Source: a virus (taxonomy: Duplodnaviria > Caudoviricetes). Taken from it: 56,674 nucleotides of DNA. The notes below the pieces were generated by a model, which worked only from the letters and a program-made list of their open reading frames with translations, had not been told where the DNA came from and did no database searches. This document shows positions 37,601-45,871 of the stretch, one piece after another. The translations under genes and the position numbers were made by a program. The stretch is taken from positions 1-56,674 of IMG/VR virus record IMGVR_UViG_3300034072_002225; one strand, written 5' to 3'. Each line of letters opens with the position of its first letter. Positions within the stretch are counted from its first letter, which is position 1.

Positions 37601-38619
37601 ACGCCGGCTATTCCTCGATCGACTACGCTTTCTACACCGAGAACACCTATGGAGGCAGCGGGCTGCTTTTCATTTATGAAAGCGCTGGCGCCATCGCGAC
37701 GGGGCGTGCTTGGGCGCCCGATGATGTGTTGACGATCGCCTACAACAACAGGACCGTCACCTATTATCACAACGGCACCGTCGTTCGGCAGATCGGCGCG
37801 CCAGCGGGACTTCGCCTGTACTTCGACAGCTCGCTTGCAGAGGGTGGATCGCGTATCTCAGGCATCAAGTTCGGCCCGGTGGGTAGCGCAGGCGCTGACG
37901 GCGAGCCGGGACCTCCGGGCTCTCCAGGCGGCAAGGGCGACCCCGGCCAGAACGGGGCGCCAGCGGTTTACCTCAAGGTCACCAAGAAGGCGATCGGACT
38001 GGACTCCTACGCCAATGGCGGGGTGAAGAGTTTCGCCAATGCCAACGGCCAGCTGACGGTGATGTCGGGCAGCGACGACGTGACCGCTGGCGCCATTCTT
38101 TCCGTCTCGGCGCAGGGCTGCGCGGGCACGATCAACACGTCGTTCGGCAACCCGGTCGCCGGCCAGCCCAAGGGCTACTACCAGGTGACGGGAATGAGCG
38201 AGGATACCGCCACGCTCACGCTTTCCGCATCCTATGGCGGACAGACGATGATCGAGTTCTTCTCGCTGGTAAAGCAGAAGGGGGGGTACGAGATCGTCGG
38301 CGCGTTGCCCGGCGACAACCTGTTCGAGGGCCGTGTCGTCTATCTCTCGACAGACAAGAAACTCTATCGGTTCGATGGCAGCGGCTGGAACCGATCGGCG
38401 GACGGCGCTGACATCGCGCCGAACTCGATCACCACCAACGCGATTGCCGCGGGTGCCGTGACCGCTGCCCAGATGTCCGTCACCGAGCTTTCGGCGATCA
38501 CCGCCCGGATCGGGCTGCTGCGCACCAGCACGACCGGGTTGCGCACCGAGATCAGCGACAACGGCCAGGCTACGTACAACGCCAGCAATGTGCTGGTGTA
38601 CCAGAACGGCATCTACTGA
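34669..38619 (+). CDS. Tail tip / host-specificity protein (gpJ-like) with collagen-like repeats
   Basis: YDPRLDS..NPAL..AANLCDE..RY..G; C-half has a CBM-like domain and two GXY runs. Confidence 0.9.
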   Translation: MSGALKIAGAIVGVIAIVASGPLGAGIGLAITSTLGMSAATLTLISTGLAIGSSLLAPKAKAPSTSPAATDRLFAGINLRAFRHLVFGHTAMATEVRDQEYSDNQTVLHRFLVIASHKVQAVEQLWFDDKLAWTAAGGAQGEFAGYLNVTPVLEGSAANAINISSRMGASRRFTGLAYLYLRYKLTGNSKNTDSPFAQSIPTRVTVIGKAALVYDPRLDSSRGGSGGQRAEDQTTWAWNDDAARNPALQLLWYLLGWRIRNPVTGEWKLAVGKGIPPERIDIDSFITAANLCDEQVARAAGGTEPRYRSDGIFTEGDDPSTVLDNFKAAMNADLDDVDGKLRITVLHNDLGSPQIGLTADDVLDSFRWTQTPSLTDSFNVIRGSYTDPSTTSLYQQVDYPEVRIDSPDGIDRVQTVNLPMVQSPSQAQRLVKQRLQRMQYGGMFEAVFQATAWRYRKGDVVPFTFPALGWANKLFRVVAMTVQVDGTVPMTLREEHPDIYLWDASDAPAVQGAVPTTYNQNLLPVVLDLANIGSQAVDAAIAAGQALDRIDALSDDGVLTGDEKAKVLLKEDAELAAEWNLLDTQAAGLSSFAEVASARVTASSAWTAWITYRNALSPAWNNTTLDTFVDRTVFRGKLTDLRYALNLLAQALRKTAAIDGFNRLRNTRFENGLSGGWTVGSSPGVTVDAGYPSVFLLSGSGVPFLKYSGVAAAQEAVGSRYYVFYQDIPVQGGERLALQVGIEGQGSVYNQYLLAQYIDSAGNGLPQQDGVQTVFGAQPFNTKLRGFVTTPANAAKLRFLTVVNAPVSGGAFTGLIVEPMVSTARPDQTDFPPYSPGVADGADGAPGVPGAPGANGQTLYTWVAFADSPDGYVNFTNGAPGNRGYQGLAVNKTSATESTNADDYQWGPYRGPANFGLVGHAKVTIGPDYIVRTAPWSDSWDASGYSSEAFIGGAFTSSTLTANSGGTMFGLNTDPATDAGYSSIDYAFYTENTYGGSGLLFIYESAGAIATGRAWAPDDVLTIAYNNRTVTYYHNGTVVRQIGAPAGLRLYFDSSLAEGGSRISGIKFGPVGSAGADGEPGPPGSPGGKGDPGQNGAPAVYLKVTKKAIGLDSYANGGVKSFANANGQLTVMSGSDDVTAGAILSVSAQGCAGTINTSFGNPVAGQPKGYYQVTGMSEDTATLTLSASYGGQTMIEFFSLVKQKGGYEIVGALPGDNLFEGRVVYLSTDKKLYRFDGSGWNRSADGADIAPNSITTNAIAAGAVTAAQMSVTELSAITARIGLLRTSTTGLRTEISDNGQATYNASNVLVYQNGIY

Positions 38620-39602
38620 TGTCCGGGTTCCGGCAATCCGGAGACGATGGCTCGCTGATCTTCGACAGCGCCGGCGGCGGCGTCGCGAAGATCTTCGGCG
38701 AGTTCTCCGCCGGCAGCGCGGCGGGCACGGTTACCGATGATCGGTTGCGATCGGGGGAGGTTTTCATTTTCCCCAAGCGGCCGCTCTCGTCGGGCACCCC
38801 TACCACGCCCAGCTTCACCCTGGGGGACAATAGCATTTCCTGGCCGGCCTCCTCGATCGGCATTCCGACCATGACCTATCTGTACGGTACGGGAGCGGTC
38901 GCGAGTAAAAGCTACGTCTCGTCCCACGTGCCGGGGACCGCGGGGTTTCGCTGCTTCGACGAGGCGGGGAATTTCGTGTTGGATGAGACGTTTCTTACCT
39001 ACCATTATCTTGGCTCCATGAGCGCAAGCCTTTTCTCGGGGCAGGTGGCGCCGCTCGATATCCCGTTCGGGATCGATAGTCTGCCGATCATCGCCTTCCG
39101 GGGCGCGACCTGGGTGGTGATCCTGAACGCCACCAGCATCGACGCATCAACGACCCGGCTGATCATCAAGACCGGCCCAAGTTCGTCGACGGTACGATTC
39201 TATTTCTTCAGCGAGGCGCGCTTCGGCACGTCGCGGGGTATTGGCCAACGCTGGTTCGACAATGCTGGAAACCTGAGGGGCGACAGCAGCATCCCGTTCC
39301 TTCGCGTTCGCCAGACGCTGTCGTTCAACAATTGGTACGGCAACGACAGCATCAACGACCTTCCGGCCGGCCGGCAATTTGCCGTCGTCATGAATGCCGG
39401 CGGGGCGCTGTACACGATCGTGCCTGGCGGCACCGGCGGATCGGGCGACGGGTCCGTCTGGATCGCGGGTGGGCGGGTTACCAATGACGGCACGCGCGAT
39501 ATCGTCACGATTTCGCCCCTGTTGGTGCGCGGCCCCGGCGGCGGAACGGAAAGTGGCCGGTCGAAGGCGATCTATTCGATCGTCGACGTGACTGGCGTTT
39601 GA
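38619..39602 (+). CDS. Tail-tip accessory protein
   Basis: Three G-F/Q-R-x-F-D-x-x-G..D-like repeats; follows gpJ; ends IVDVTGV. Confidence 0.7.
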   Translation: MSGFRQSGDDGSLIFDSAGGGVAKIFGEFSAGSAAGTVTDDRLRSGEVFIFPKRPLSSGTPTTPSFTLGDNSISWPASSIGIPTMTYLYGTGAVASKSYVSSHVPGTAGFRCFDEAGNFVLDETFLTYHYLGSMSASLFSGQVAPLDIPFGIDSLPIIAFRGATWVVILNATSIDASTTRLIIKTGPSSSTVRFYFFSEARFGTSRGIGQRWFDNAGNLRGDSSIPFLRVRQTLSFNNWYGNDSINDLPAGRQFAVVMNAGGALYTIVPGGTGGSGDGSVWIAGGRVTNDGTRDIVTISPLLVRGPGGGTESGRSKAIYSIVDVTGV

Positions 39603-39614
39603 AGGGAAAGATCC

Positions 39615-40247
39615 ATGTTCATCGCAGAATGGCAGGCGCCGAATGGCGCCCTGGCGAAGTATCACCGCGCCACCAGCTTTCAGGGCATGGGCGATGCGAC
39701 GCATGTCGTCGTCGACAGCTACCATGCGGAGGAAATGCAGGTCATCTCCTGGCGCGATACCTACACAATCCCGCCCGAGGTGAAGATCGGCACCCTGGCC
39801 GACGCGGAGGCGCTGCTCGTCGCGCCCGGCGCCCCGTTCGCCGGGGGTGCGCTGGTCAATCCGGCGGCGGCCGACCTCGACCTCGCCCGCGTGCGCGCCT
39901 GGGCCGCGGTGAAGGCGGAGCGGGACAGGTGCGCGGGCGGCGGATGCGAAACGGCGCTCGGTCGCGTCGACAGCGACGAGCGCAGCCGGATCCTGATCGC
40001 GGGCGCGGTGCAGATGGCGCAGATCGCGCTCGCGGGCGGTGAGGCCTATTCGGTCGACTGGGTGATGGCCGATAACCAGCCGGTACCGCACGACGCCCCG
40101 GCGATGATCGCGCTGGGCCTCGCGGTCGGCCAGCATATCGCCGCCTGCTGGGAGCGGGCGCAGACGCTGCGCGCCGCGATCGAAGCGGCGGAAACGGTCG
40201 AGGATCTCACCGCGATCGACATCACGGCCGGCTGGCCCGGCCCATAA
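39615..40247 (+). CDS. DUF4376-like tail fibre assembly protein
   Basis: VKAERD..DSDERSR..I.GAV..W.MADN..IEAAET..L.AI..W. Confidence 0.75.
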   Translation: MFIAEWQAPNGALAKYHRATSFQGMGDATHVVVDSYHAEEMQVISWRDTYTIPPEVKIGTLADAEALLVAPGAPFAGGALVNPAAADLDLARVRAWAAVKAERDRCAGGGCETALGRVDSDERSRILIAGAVQMAQIALAGGEAYSVDWVMADNQPVPHDAPAMIALGLAVGQHIAACWERAQTLRAAIEAAETVEDLTAIDITAGWPGP

Positions 40248-40264
40248 CCAAAAAGGGGATCGCA

Positions 40265-40543
40265 ATGTCCGATACGAACGCCGACAGCCCGCCGGCGAAT
40301 GGCTCTTCGCGCGTGTTTCGCGAATGGCTGCCGGCGCTGGCCGCCGCACTGACCCTGCTCGGGGCGATCACCACGGCGGGGGGCGTGATCTCGAAAGTGC
40401 AGGACAATGATCGCCGCCTGGGCGAGCTGGAGCGCCAGCTGCGCGATCGCGAAGAGGGCAACCAGAAAGTGATCGAGCGGCTGGCGCGCATCGAGGGCAA
40501 GCTCGATGCCTCGGCCGGCCAGAACGGGAGAAACAACCCATGA
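40265..40543 (+). CDS. Small membrane + coiled-coil protein (holin/antiholin-like)
   Basis: One TM then coiled coil ERLARIEGKLD; start of the lysis block. Confidence 0.7.
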   Translation: MSDTNADSPPANGSSRVFREWLPALAAALTLLGAITTAGGVISKVQDNDRRLGELERQLRDREEGNQKVIERLARIEGKLDASAGQNGRNNP

Positions 40544-40788
40544 TCGAGGGCCTGATCCTGATGGTGATCGGCCTCGCGCTGACCTGCGCGGGGCCGGCGA
40601 CGCGGCAGCTGGATGCGCGCAAGCAGCTGCGGCCGCCGATCGTGCAGGCCCTGGATCGGGCCTTTTCGCTGCCGGCCCCGCCGGCGCCGCCGACGATCGA
40701 GTTCCTCGTCGTCCAGGCCGAGGCCGCGCTGGAGCGCGACGCCGCCGCCCGCCGGGAGCGGGCCGCGCGGAACCATCCCCGCGCCTGA
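40540..40788 (+). CDS. Small membrane protein
   Basis: ATGA coupling; N-terminal hydrophobic helix. Confidence 0.55.
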   Translation: MIEGLILMVIGLALTCAGPATRQLDARKQLRPPIVQALDRAFSLPAPPAPPTIEFLVVQAEAALERDAAARRERAARNHPRA

Positions 40789-40812
40789 CGGCGCGCAACA
40801 GGAGGAAAATCG

Positions 40813-41085
40813 ATGTTTCGTGAACGTCTGCGCCGCTGGCGCAGCGCCCTTTCCGCGCGCCTGGTCGACGACTGGCGCAATGCGTGGAAATGGGCATCTG
40901 TCCGTCTGGCTGCCCTGAGCGGCATCCTGACGGCGATCCTTACGGCCGCGCCCGGCTTCGCGCGCGAGCTGTGGGACCAGCTGCCCGCCGAGCTCCGCGC
41001 CGCCGCGCCGGCCTGGGTGCCGCTGTTGGTGACCGCCATCCCGATCGCCGTGCGCCTGTACAGGCAGGGAGGGCGCGATGCCTGA
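40813..41085 (+). CDS. Holin
   Basis: AGGAGG RBS; LVDDWRNAWKWASVRL + two TMs + RLYRQ; overlaps endolysin. Confidence 0.8.
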   Translation: MFRERLRRWRSALSARLVDDWRNAWKWASVRLAALSGILTAILTAAPGFARELWDQLPAELRAAAPAWVPLLVTAIPIAVRLYRQGGRDA

Positions 41086-41680
41086 GATCAAGAATGCGAA
41101 GCGGAAGGCCGGCGTTTCCGCCCTTGTCGCCAGCATCATCGCCGCGACGATCGCCCTCGAGGGCGGCTATGTGAACCACAGCAGCGATCCCGGCGGCGAA
41201 ACCAACATGGGGATCACCAAGCGAACCGCGGTGCAGCACGGCTATACCGGGCCGATGCGCACGCTGCCGCGCGAGGTGGCGAACAGCATCTATTACCAGT
41301 CCTATCTGGTGGCGCCCGGATTCGCTCCCCTCGCCGATATCGATGCAGCGGTGACGAGCGAGCTGTTCGACACGGCGGTGAACATGGGGCCGTACAAGCC
41401 CTCCGCCTGGTTCCAGGCATCGATCAACGCCACCTGTGGCGCCGCGCTGCCGATCGACGGGAAGGTCGGCGCCGCGACGATCGCCGCCTATAGGGCCTGC
41501 CAGGCCCGCCTCGGCCCGGTGACGCTATGCCGGACGATGCTGGATGCGCTCGATGCCCGGCAGCGCGCCGAGTATCTGCGGCTCGTAGGGGTGCAAGCGA
41601 AGTACAAGGCCTTTCTGAAGGGATGGCTGGCGCACCGGATCGGCAATGTCGATCGCGCGAAGTGCGCGGTGCGCCAATGA
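41078..41680 (+). CDS. Endolysin, glycoside hydrolase family 108
   Basis: EGGYVNHSSDPGGETNMGIT, FDTAVNMG, DG.VG..T, FLKGW..RI. Confidence 0.93.
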   Translation: MPEIKNAKRKAGVSALVASIIAATIALEGGYVNHSSDPGGETNMGITKRTAVQHGYTGPMRTLPREVANSIYYQSYLVAPGFAPLADIDAAVTSELFDTAVNMGPYKPSAWFQASINATCGAALPIDGKVGAATIAAYRACQARLGPVTLCRTMLDALDARQRAEYLRLVGVQAKYKAFLKGWLAHRIGNVDRAKCAVRQ

Positions 41681-42018
41681 GCCGCTTCGAGATCTTGTCG
41701 CCAATTCTGCGGCGGGCAGGCGATCGGCTGGCATTCTTCTGTCCTGGGTGCGAGACGCCGCATGTCCTCAACGTGTATGCAGATCGGCATCCGCGGTGGG
41801 GGTACAATGGCAACCCGGAGGCTCCGACCTTCACGCCCAGCGTGCTGAACCGCACAGGGCGTGCCGTGGACCCCAACTTTGTATCCGAGCCAGGTGATCC
41901 GCCAGAGGTCTGTCACGTCTTCGTGACGGATGGCCACATCCAGTTCCTCGGCGACTGCACGCATGCTTTGGCCGGGCAGACGGTGCCGATGACCGCTTGG
42001 CCGGAGGACTGGTCATGA
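41677..42018 (+). CDS. DUF6527-like Cys/His protein
   Basis: FFCPGC..H..W.YNGN..PTFTPSVL..CH.FVTDG.IQFL.DCTH.LAGQTV. Confidence 0.75.
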   Translation: MSRFEILSPILRRAGDRLAFFCPGCETPHVLNVYADRHPRWGYNGNPEAPTFTPSVLNRTGRAVDPNFVSEPGDPPEVCHVFVTDGHIQFLGDCTHALAGQTVPMTAWPEDWS

Positions 42019-42380
42019 AGGTGACCCCCATCGTTCGCGTCGTCCTGATCGCGGCCGCCGTTCTGCTGATCTTCGGTTCGTTGGTCCTGCGATCCTGCCA
42101 GAACGCCGGCACCGCGCGGACCGAGGCGAAGCTCGCCACGGGCCAGGCCGGCGCCGCGATCGAGAGCGGGGGCGATGCCGCCCAGACCATCGGCAACCAG
42201 GCGGCCGCAGAGGCGGCCACCGATGCCCTCACACGGGAGAATGAACATGCGATCCGTACCGCGCCCGGGGCGAATGCTCCCGTCGATCCTGCTGCTCGCG
42301 ATGCAGGGTTGCGCGCCCTTTGTCGCCGCGCCGCCTATCGCAGCGATCCCAAGTGCATGCGTTTCGCTGCTGCCCCGTAA
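42015..42380 (+). CDS. Inner-membrane spanin (Rz-like)
   Basis: N-terminal TM, Ala-rich coiled coil, C-terminal LC..AY..DP.C. Confidence 0.75.
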   Translation: MKVTPIVRVVLIAAAVLLIFGSLVLRSCQNAGTARTEAKLATGQAGAAIESGGDAAQTIGNQAAAEAATDALTRENEHAIRTAPGANAPVDPAARDAGLRALCRRAAYRSDPKCMRFAAAP

Positions 42381-42585
42381 CTGGCAGCAGGGCGTGCCCG
42401 GCGCGCCGTTGCCCAGCGGCGATGTGCTGGCCGACTGGCAGGTATTCGGAGACGCGCAGACCGGCCAGCTGGACAAGGCGAACGATCGCCTGGTCGCCGC
42501 GATCGGCATCGTCGAGCGATGCGAAGCGCGCGATGCTGCCGCCGCAAAGGCCGCCACCCGCCGGCGCGTACTCGGCATCTTCTAA
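42241..42585 (+). CDS. Outer-membrane lipoprotein spanin (Rz1-like)
   Basis: Overlaps Rz in another frame; lipobox LLLAMQG-C. Start 42241 or 42247. Confidence 0.75.
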   Translation: MNMRSVPRPGRMLPSILLLAMQGCAPFVAAPPIAAIPSACVSLLPRNWQQGVPGAPLPSGDVLADWQVFGDAQTGQLDKANDRLVAAIGIVERCEARDAAAAKAATRRRVLGIF

Positions 42586-42609
42586 CCCCAAACTTCAAGG
42601 AACAGCATC

Positions 42610-42927
42610 ATGGCAACCGTTTACGTGACGGTCGGCCGGGTCGCCTCGCGCGCACCCGTGACCGGCGATACCCTGCAGGCGCTGGGCGCCGTGCCGCAGA
42701 AGACCGTGCAGGCGAGCAGCACCGGCAGCTCGGCCGTGGTCGTCGGCATCACCGCCGCGCGCAACCAGGTGTGGAGCATCTACGCGGCCGATGGGCCGGT
42801 ACGCGTCGCGTTCGGCACGGCGCCCACTGCCGCCGGCACTGCCTATTGGATCGTGCCGCAGGGCAGCACCCGCGAATTCGTCTGCGAGGACGAAGGCCCG
42901 CAGGCGATCGCGCTGATGGACGCCTGA
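42610..42927 (+). CDS. Small beta-rich virion protein (candidate head-spike base)
   Basis: AAGGA RBS; 105 aa; VRVAFG.AP.A..G..REF. Confidence 0.65.
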   Translation: MATVYVTVGRVASRAPVTGDTLQALGAVPQKTVQASSTGSSAVVVGITAARNQVWSIYAADGPVRVAFGTAPTAAGTAYWIVPQGSTREFVCEDEGPQAIALMDA

Positions 42928-42973
42928 TCGCCGGCAAAGGCGACGGATCAACACGAAATCGAAGGAAGACGAT

Positions 42974-45058
42974 ATGGGGCTGGGGTTCGGCTATTCGGGC
43001 GGGGGCGGTGGCGCTTCCGTCATGGTGCGCAACGTATCGGTGGCGGCGGGCGCCACCGGCCGGCGCGTCAACCTGGTGCGGCTGCTGGGCAGCGCATCCA
43101 CCTTCTCGCTGCTGAGCGGTACCAACGCCAACATCACGCTGGACAACGGCACCGGGCTGGCGCTGACCAGCGGGCTGGCAGCCGGCGAGACACAGACGGC
43201 GCTGATGCGCGAGGAGGTGGGCAGCGGCGCCACGAAGCGCGCGGTGGAATATGCGGTGAACCTCACCGGCGCGCCGGTCGCGCCCTCGGTCCCGGCGGTG
43301 ACGCTGACCGCCGGCAACGGCCAGATCAGCGTGGCCTGGACGGATGGCAGCAACGGCGGCGCCCCGATCACCTCCCATCGCATCTACCTCGATGGCGTGC
43401 TGGTGGCCTCGCCGAGCAGTGCATCGCCCTATGTGATCACCGGCCTGGTCAACGGCCGCAGCTATACGGTGCAGGTGTCCGCGGTGAACAGCGTCGACGA
43501 GGGGGCGCTTTCGTCGCCGCAGTCGGAGATGCCGACTGCGGCGGGGGGCTTCGCTCCCACAACCTTTGCAATCGCGCCCACCGCCCAGTGGCATCCGAAC
43601 ACCGCCACGATCACGACCGACAGTAACGGCCGCATGACGTCGCTGTCTGACGCTAAGGGCTTTGCAGCACTGTCTGAGACCTCGGCAGGGATTGGCGCTT
43701 TCGTCAGGACAGATGGCCTCGGGCGCAAGTTTTTGTGCTTCACGGGGTCGGAAGGCATCAAGTCCGCCGCCGCGCTGTCGCTCAACCTGCGGAACTGCAC
43801 GGTGATGATTATCGCGCGGAACCATCTCAATGGTCCGACGCGCCCTAGGTGGATGTCCGCTGGCTATAACTCGGGCGGCTCAGCGGCTGCCAACATGCAG
43901 GTGGCATACTTCGACCAGGCAGCCGCGGGCGTGGCGACGGTGATCGGATCGGGAGTCGCCGCAGGCAAGCAGGCGAATATGATCGCGGACTGCCATGTCC
44001 GCGCGTACCTGTGGCGCTGGGGTGCGAATGCTTCGGCCGGCACGGCCAACGCAGGCCTGCGGCTCGCGGTCAACGGCTACAACGACAACGTGGCGCTCAG
44101 CGGCACGCCGCCGACCCCAGTGCCCGGCGTCGAGATCGGTCGCTTTGCGTATTCACCCGGCACTATCGGCACTTGGTCGCGGCTCGACGCGTACGAGATC
44201 ATTGTCTGGACACAGGCGCTGACCGACGCGCAGTGCGATGCGGCGATCGCTGCCGCCATGGCGAACTATCAGCTCAACAACTCGATCCACCAGCTCGTGC
44301 TGGAGGGCGACTCCCGCCGATACGGGTTCAGCTACGCGAATGGCCCCAACGGCTTCGACAGCAGCCAGAACCCAGCGATGCTCATGACGGCCCCAGGCGA
44401 TCCACTGGCCATCCCCGACACCTGGATGGTCACGAACTACGCGGTCTCGTACTCTTCGATTCCTGCGGGAACCGGCGCTGGCGGCAACAACAACCAGACC
44501 TATCGGCGTGATACCAACAACTCGTGGTCAACCAAGCTGAAGACTGGCGGCCGCAACGTGGTCCTCTGGCTGAATGGCGGCAACAATTTCAAGCTGAGTC
44601 CCCCGATGTCTGGCGCGGAGACCTACGCGGCACAGGTGGCGTGGCTGAATACCGCCACCACCGGCGTTCTTCAGCGTGGTTGGGAGAGCATCATGATGAC
44701 GGAGATGCAGTTGCCGTCAGACCTGTATACCCAGACGGACGACCTCCGCGCACTGGAGATGAATGCGGCTCAGCTTGCAGCCGATACTCTCAGCGGGCCT
44801 GGGCAGATCTACGAAGGCAAGGTCAAGGTGGTGCCAATTCACCTGATCAAGCAGGCGGTGACGGACAACGGGCCGAACCCGAGCCCGAACGGCACCATCT
44901 GCGGCTCGCGTGGTGACGAGTCGAATACGCTTTTCTACCTGATCAATCCGGCGACCGGAAACTCTGACGGCACCCATCCGACCAAGGTGCTGAACAAGTT
45001 GCTCTGGTCCGGCGCCGACACCCCTCAGTACGGGATCAGAGCGGCTCTTGGGCTGTAG
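42974..45058 (+). CDS. Fibre-like protein: FN3 + LamG-like + SGNH hydrolase
   Basis: AGNGQISVAW..NGGAPIT..ITGLVNGRSYTVQVSAVN (FN3); EIIVW..ALT (LamG-like); LEGDSR, G.NN, DGTHP (SGNH blocks). Confidence 0.85.
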   Translation: MGLGFGYSGGGGGASVMVRNVSVAAGATGRRVNLVRLLGSASTFSLLSGTNANITLDNGTGLALTSGLAAGETQTALMREEVGSGATKRAVEYAVNLTGAPVAPSVPAVTLTAGNGQISVAWTDGSNGGAPITSHRIYLDGVLVASPSSASPYVITGLVNGRSYTVQVSAVNSVDEGALSSPQSEMPTAAGGFAPTTFAIAPTAQWHPNTATITTDSNGRMTSLSDAKGFAALSETSAGIGAFVRTDGLGRKFLCFTGSEGIKSAAALSLNLRNCTVMIIARNHLNGPTRPRWMSAGYNSGGSAAANMQVAYFDQAAAGVATVIGSGVAAGKQANMIADCHVRAYLWRWGANASAGTANAGLRLAVNGYNDNVALSGTPPTPVPGVEIGRFAYSPGTIGTWSRLDAYEIIVWTQALTDAQCDAAIAAAMANYQLNNSIHQLVLEGDSRRYGFSYANGPNGFDSSQNPAMLMTAPGDPLAIPDTWMVTNYAVSYSSIPAGTGAGGNNNQTYRRDTNNSWSTKLKTGGRNVVLWLNGGNNFKLSPPMSGAETYAAQVAWLNTATTGVLQRGWESIMMTEMQLPSDLYTQTDDLRALEMNAAQLAADTLSGPGQIYEGKVKVVPIHLIKQAVTDNGPNPSPNGTICGSRGDESNTLFYLINPATGNSDGTHPTKVLNKLLWSGADTPQYGIRAALGL

Positions 45059-45188
45059 ACACTGGGGGCGAGGCGTCTGCCGGTGATGTGTCTTGCTCGA
45101 CGTTAGCGATTAGCACCACTGCGAACAGGATCGCCAGCAGCAGCGCAAGTGATAGTCGATTGAACGTCTGGTGTGATGTTTCGTGCAT
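45036..45188 (-). CDS. Small single-TM protein (50 aa, below ORF-track cutoff)
   Basis: AAAGGGGG RBS; MHETSHQTFNRLSLALLLAILFAVVLIANVEQDTSPADASPPVSTAQEPL. Confidence 0.5.
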   Translation of the reverse strand: MHETSHQTFNRLSLALLLAILFAVVLIANVEQDTSPADASPPVSTAQEPL

Positions 45189-45227
45189 TGCGTCGCCCCC
45201 TTTGACTTGGCCTTACCACGCGTTGGC

Positions 45228-45476
45228 ATGGCCGCAACACATCGCAATCTAAACTCGGTGTCGGAGATTGGGACAGTGCCTCCTTTGCTGCAATTCCTAT
45301 CGCTGGTGGTGCGCGTCGAGCCGCTGAAAGGCTGGCCCGGACTGACGCTGGTGGTGCTGCTCGACGGCACCAGCATCGTCTACAAGGCGGGCTACATGGC
45401 GGTGCTCGACCCGATCGAGCATGCGGGCGCGCTGGGCGTGGCCCGGATGGGCGAGCTTCTCCGGGCAGGTACATGA
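45228..45476 (+). CDS. Hypothetical protein
   Basis: ATGA-coupled to next gene; start uncertain. Confidence 0.5.
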   Translation: MAATHRNLNSVSEIGTVPPLLQFLSLVVRVEPLKGWPGLTLVVLLDGTSIVYKAGYMAVLDPIEHAGALGVARMGELLRAGT

Positions 45477-45832
45477 CCGAGATTTGCCCGTGCTGTGGGG
45501 CAGAGCGGTTCCCAAGCTATAGCTATGGCGCTTGGCGATCGGAGGGCGGGATAGGCGGGCAGCCGCGCATATTCTTCAATGGCGAGGAGGTGCCGGCGAT
45601 CCCTGGCGCTCCTGGCCGGCTGCTGGCGGCCATGATCCGCAGCAAGGGTAAATTGCGAACGGCAGCTGGAGCGATCATGTCGGCGAAGAGCCAGGATGCG
45701 AACGGGGTCAAAAACCTTTGGTCCAACATGACCCGCCTCCGTCAGCATGTCGCTTGCGCGACCGGCGGCGCATGGGAGATCCCGAGGCCGGAGGTGAACG
45801 GCCATGTGTACGTGCTGCGAGAACGGAAATAG
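45473..45832 (+). CDS. CPCCG knuckle + OmpR-type winged-helix protein
   Basis: ICPCCG; FNGEEV..RLLAAMIRSKG..VKNLWSNMTRLRQ..YVL. Confidence 0.65.
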   Translation: MTEICPCCGAERFPSYSYGAWRSEGGIGGQPRIFFNGEEVPAIPGAPGRLLAAMIRSKGKLRTAAGAIMSAKSQDANGVKNLWSNMTRLRQHVACATGGAWEIPRPEVNGHVYVLRERK

Positions 45833-45851
45833 CACCTCGACTCCCTCGTGT

Positions 45852-45866
45852 GTTCCCGTCATGTTC
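45852..45866 (+). promoter_or_regulatory. Alphaproteobacterial LexA (SOS) box
   Basis: GTTC-CCGTCAT-GTTC (GTTC-N7-GTTC) 5 nt before ATG 45872. Confidence 0.75.
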
Positions 45867-45871
45867 CGCGC

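Noticed and set aside
34669-45058. Diversity-generating retroelement or invertible tail-fibre cassette
   Set aside because: No reverse transcriptase, TR/VR pair, invertase or inverted fibre fragments seen.
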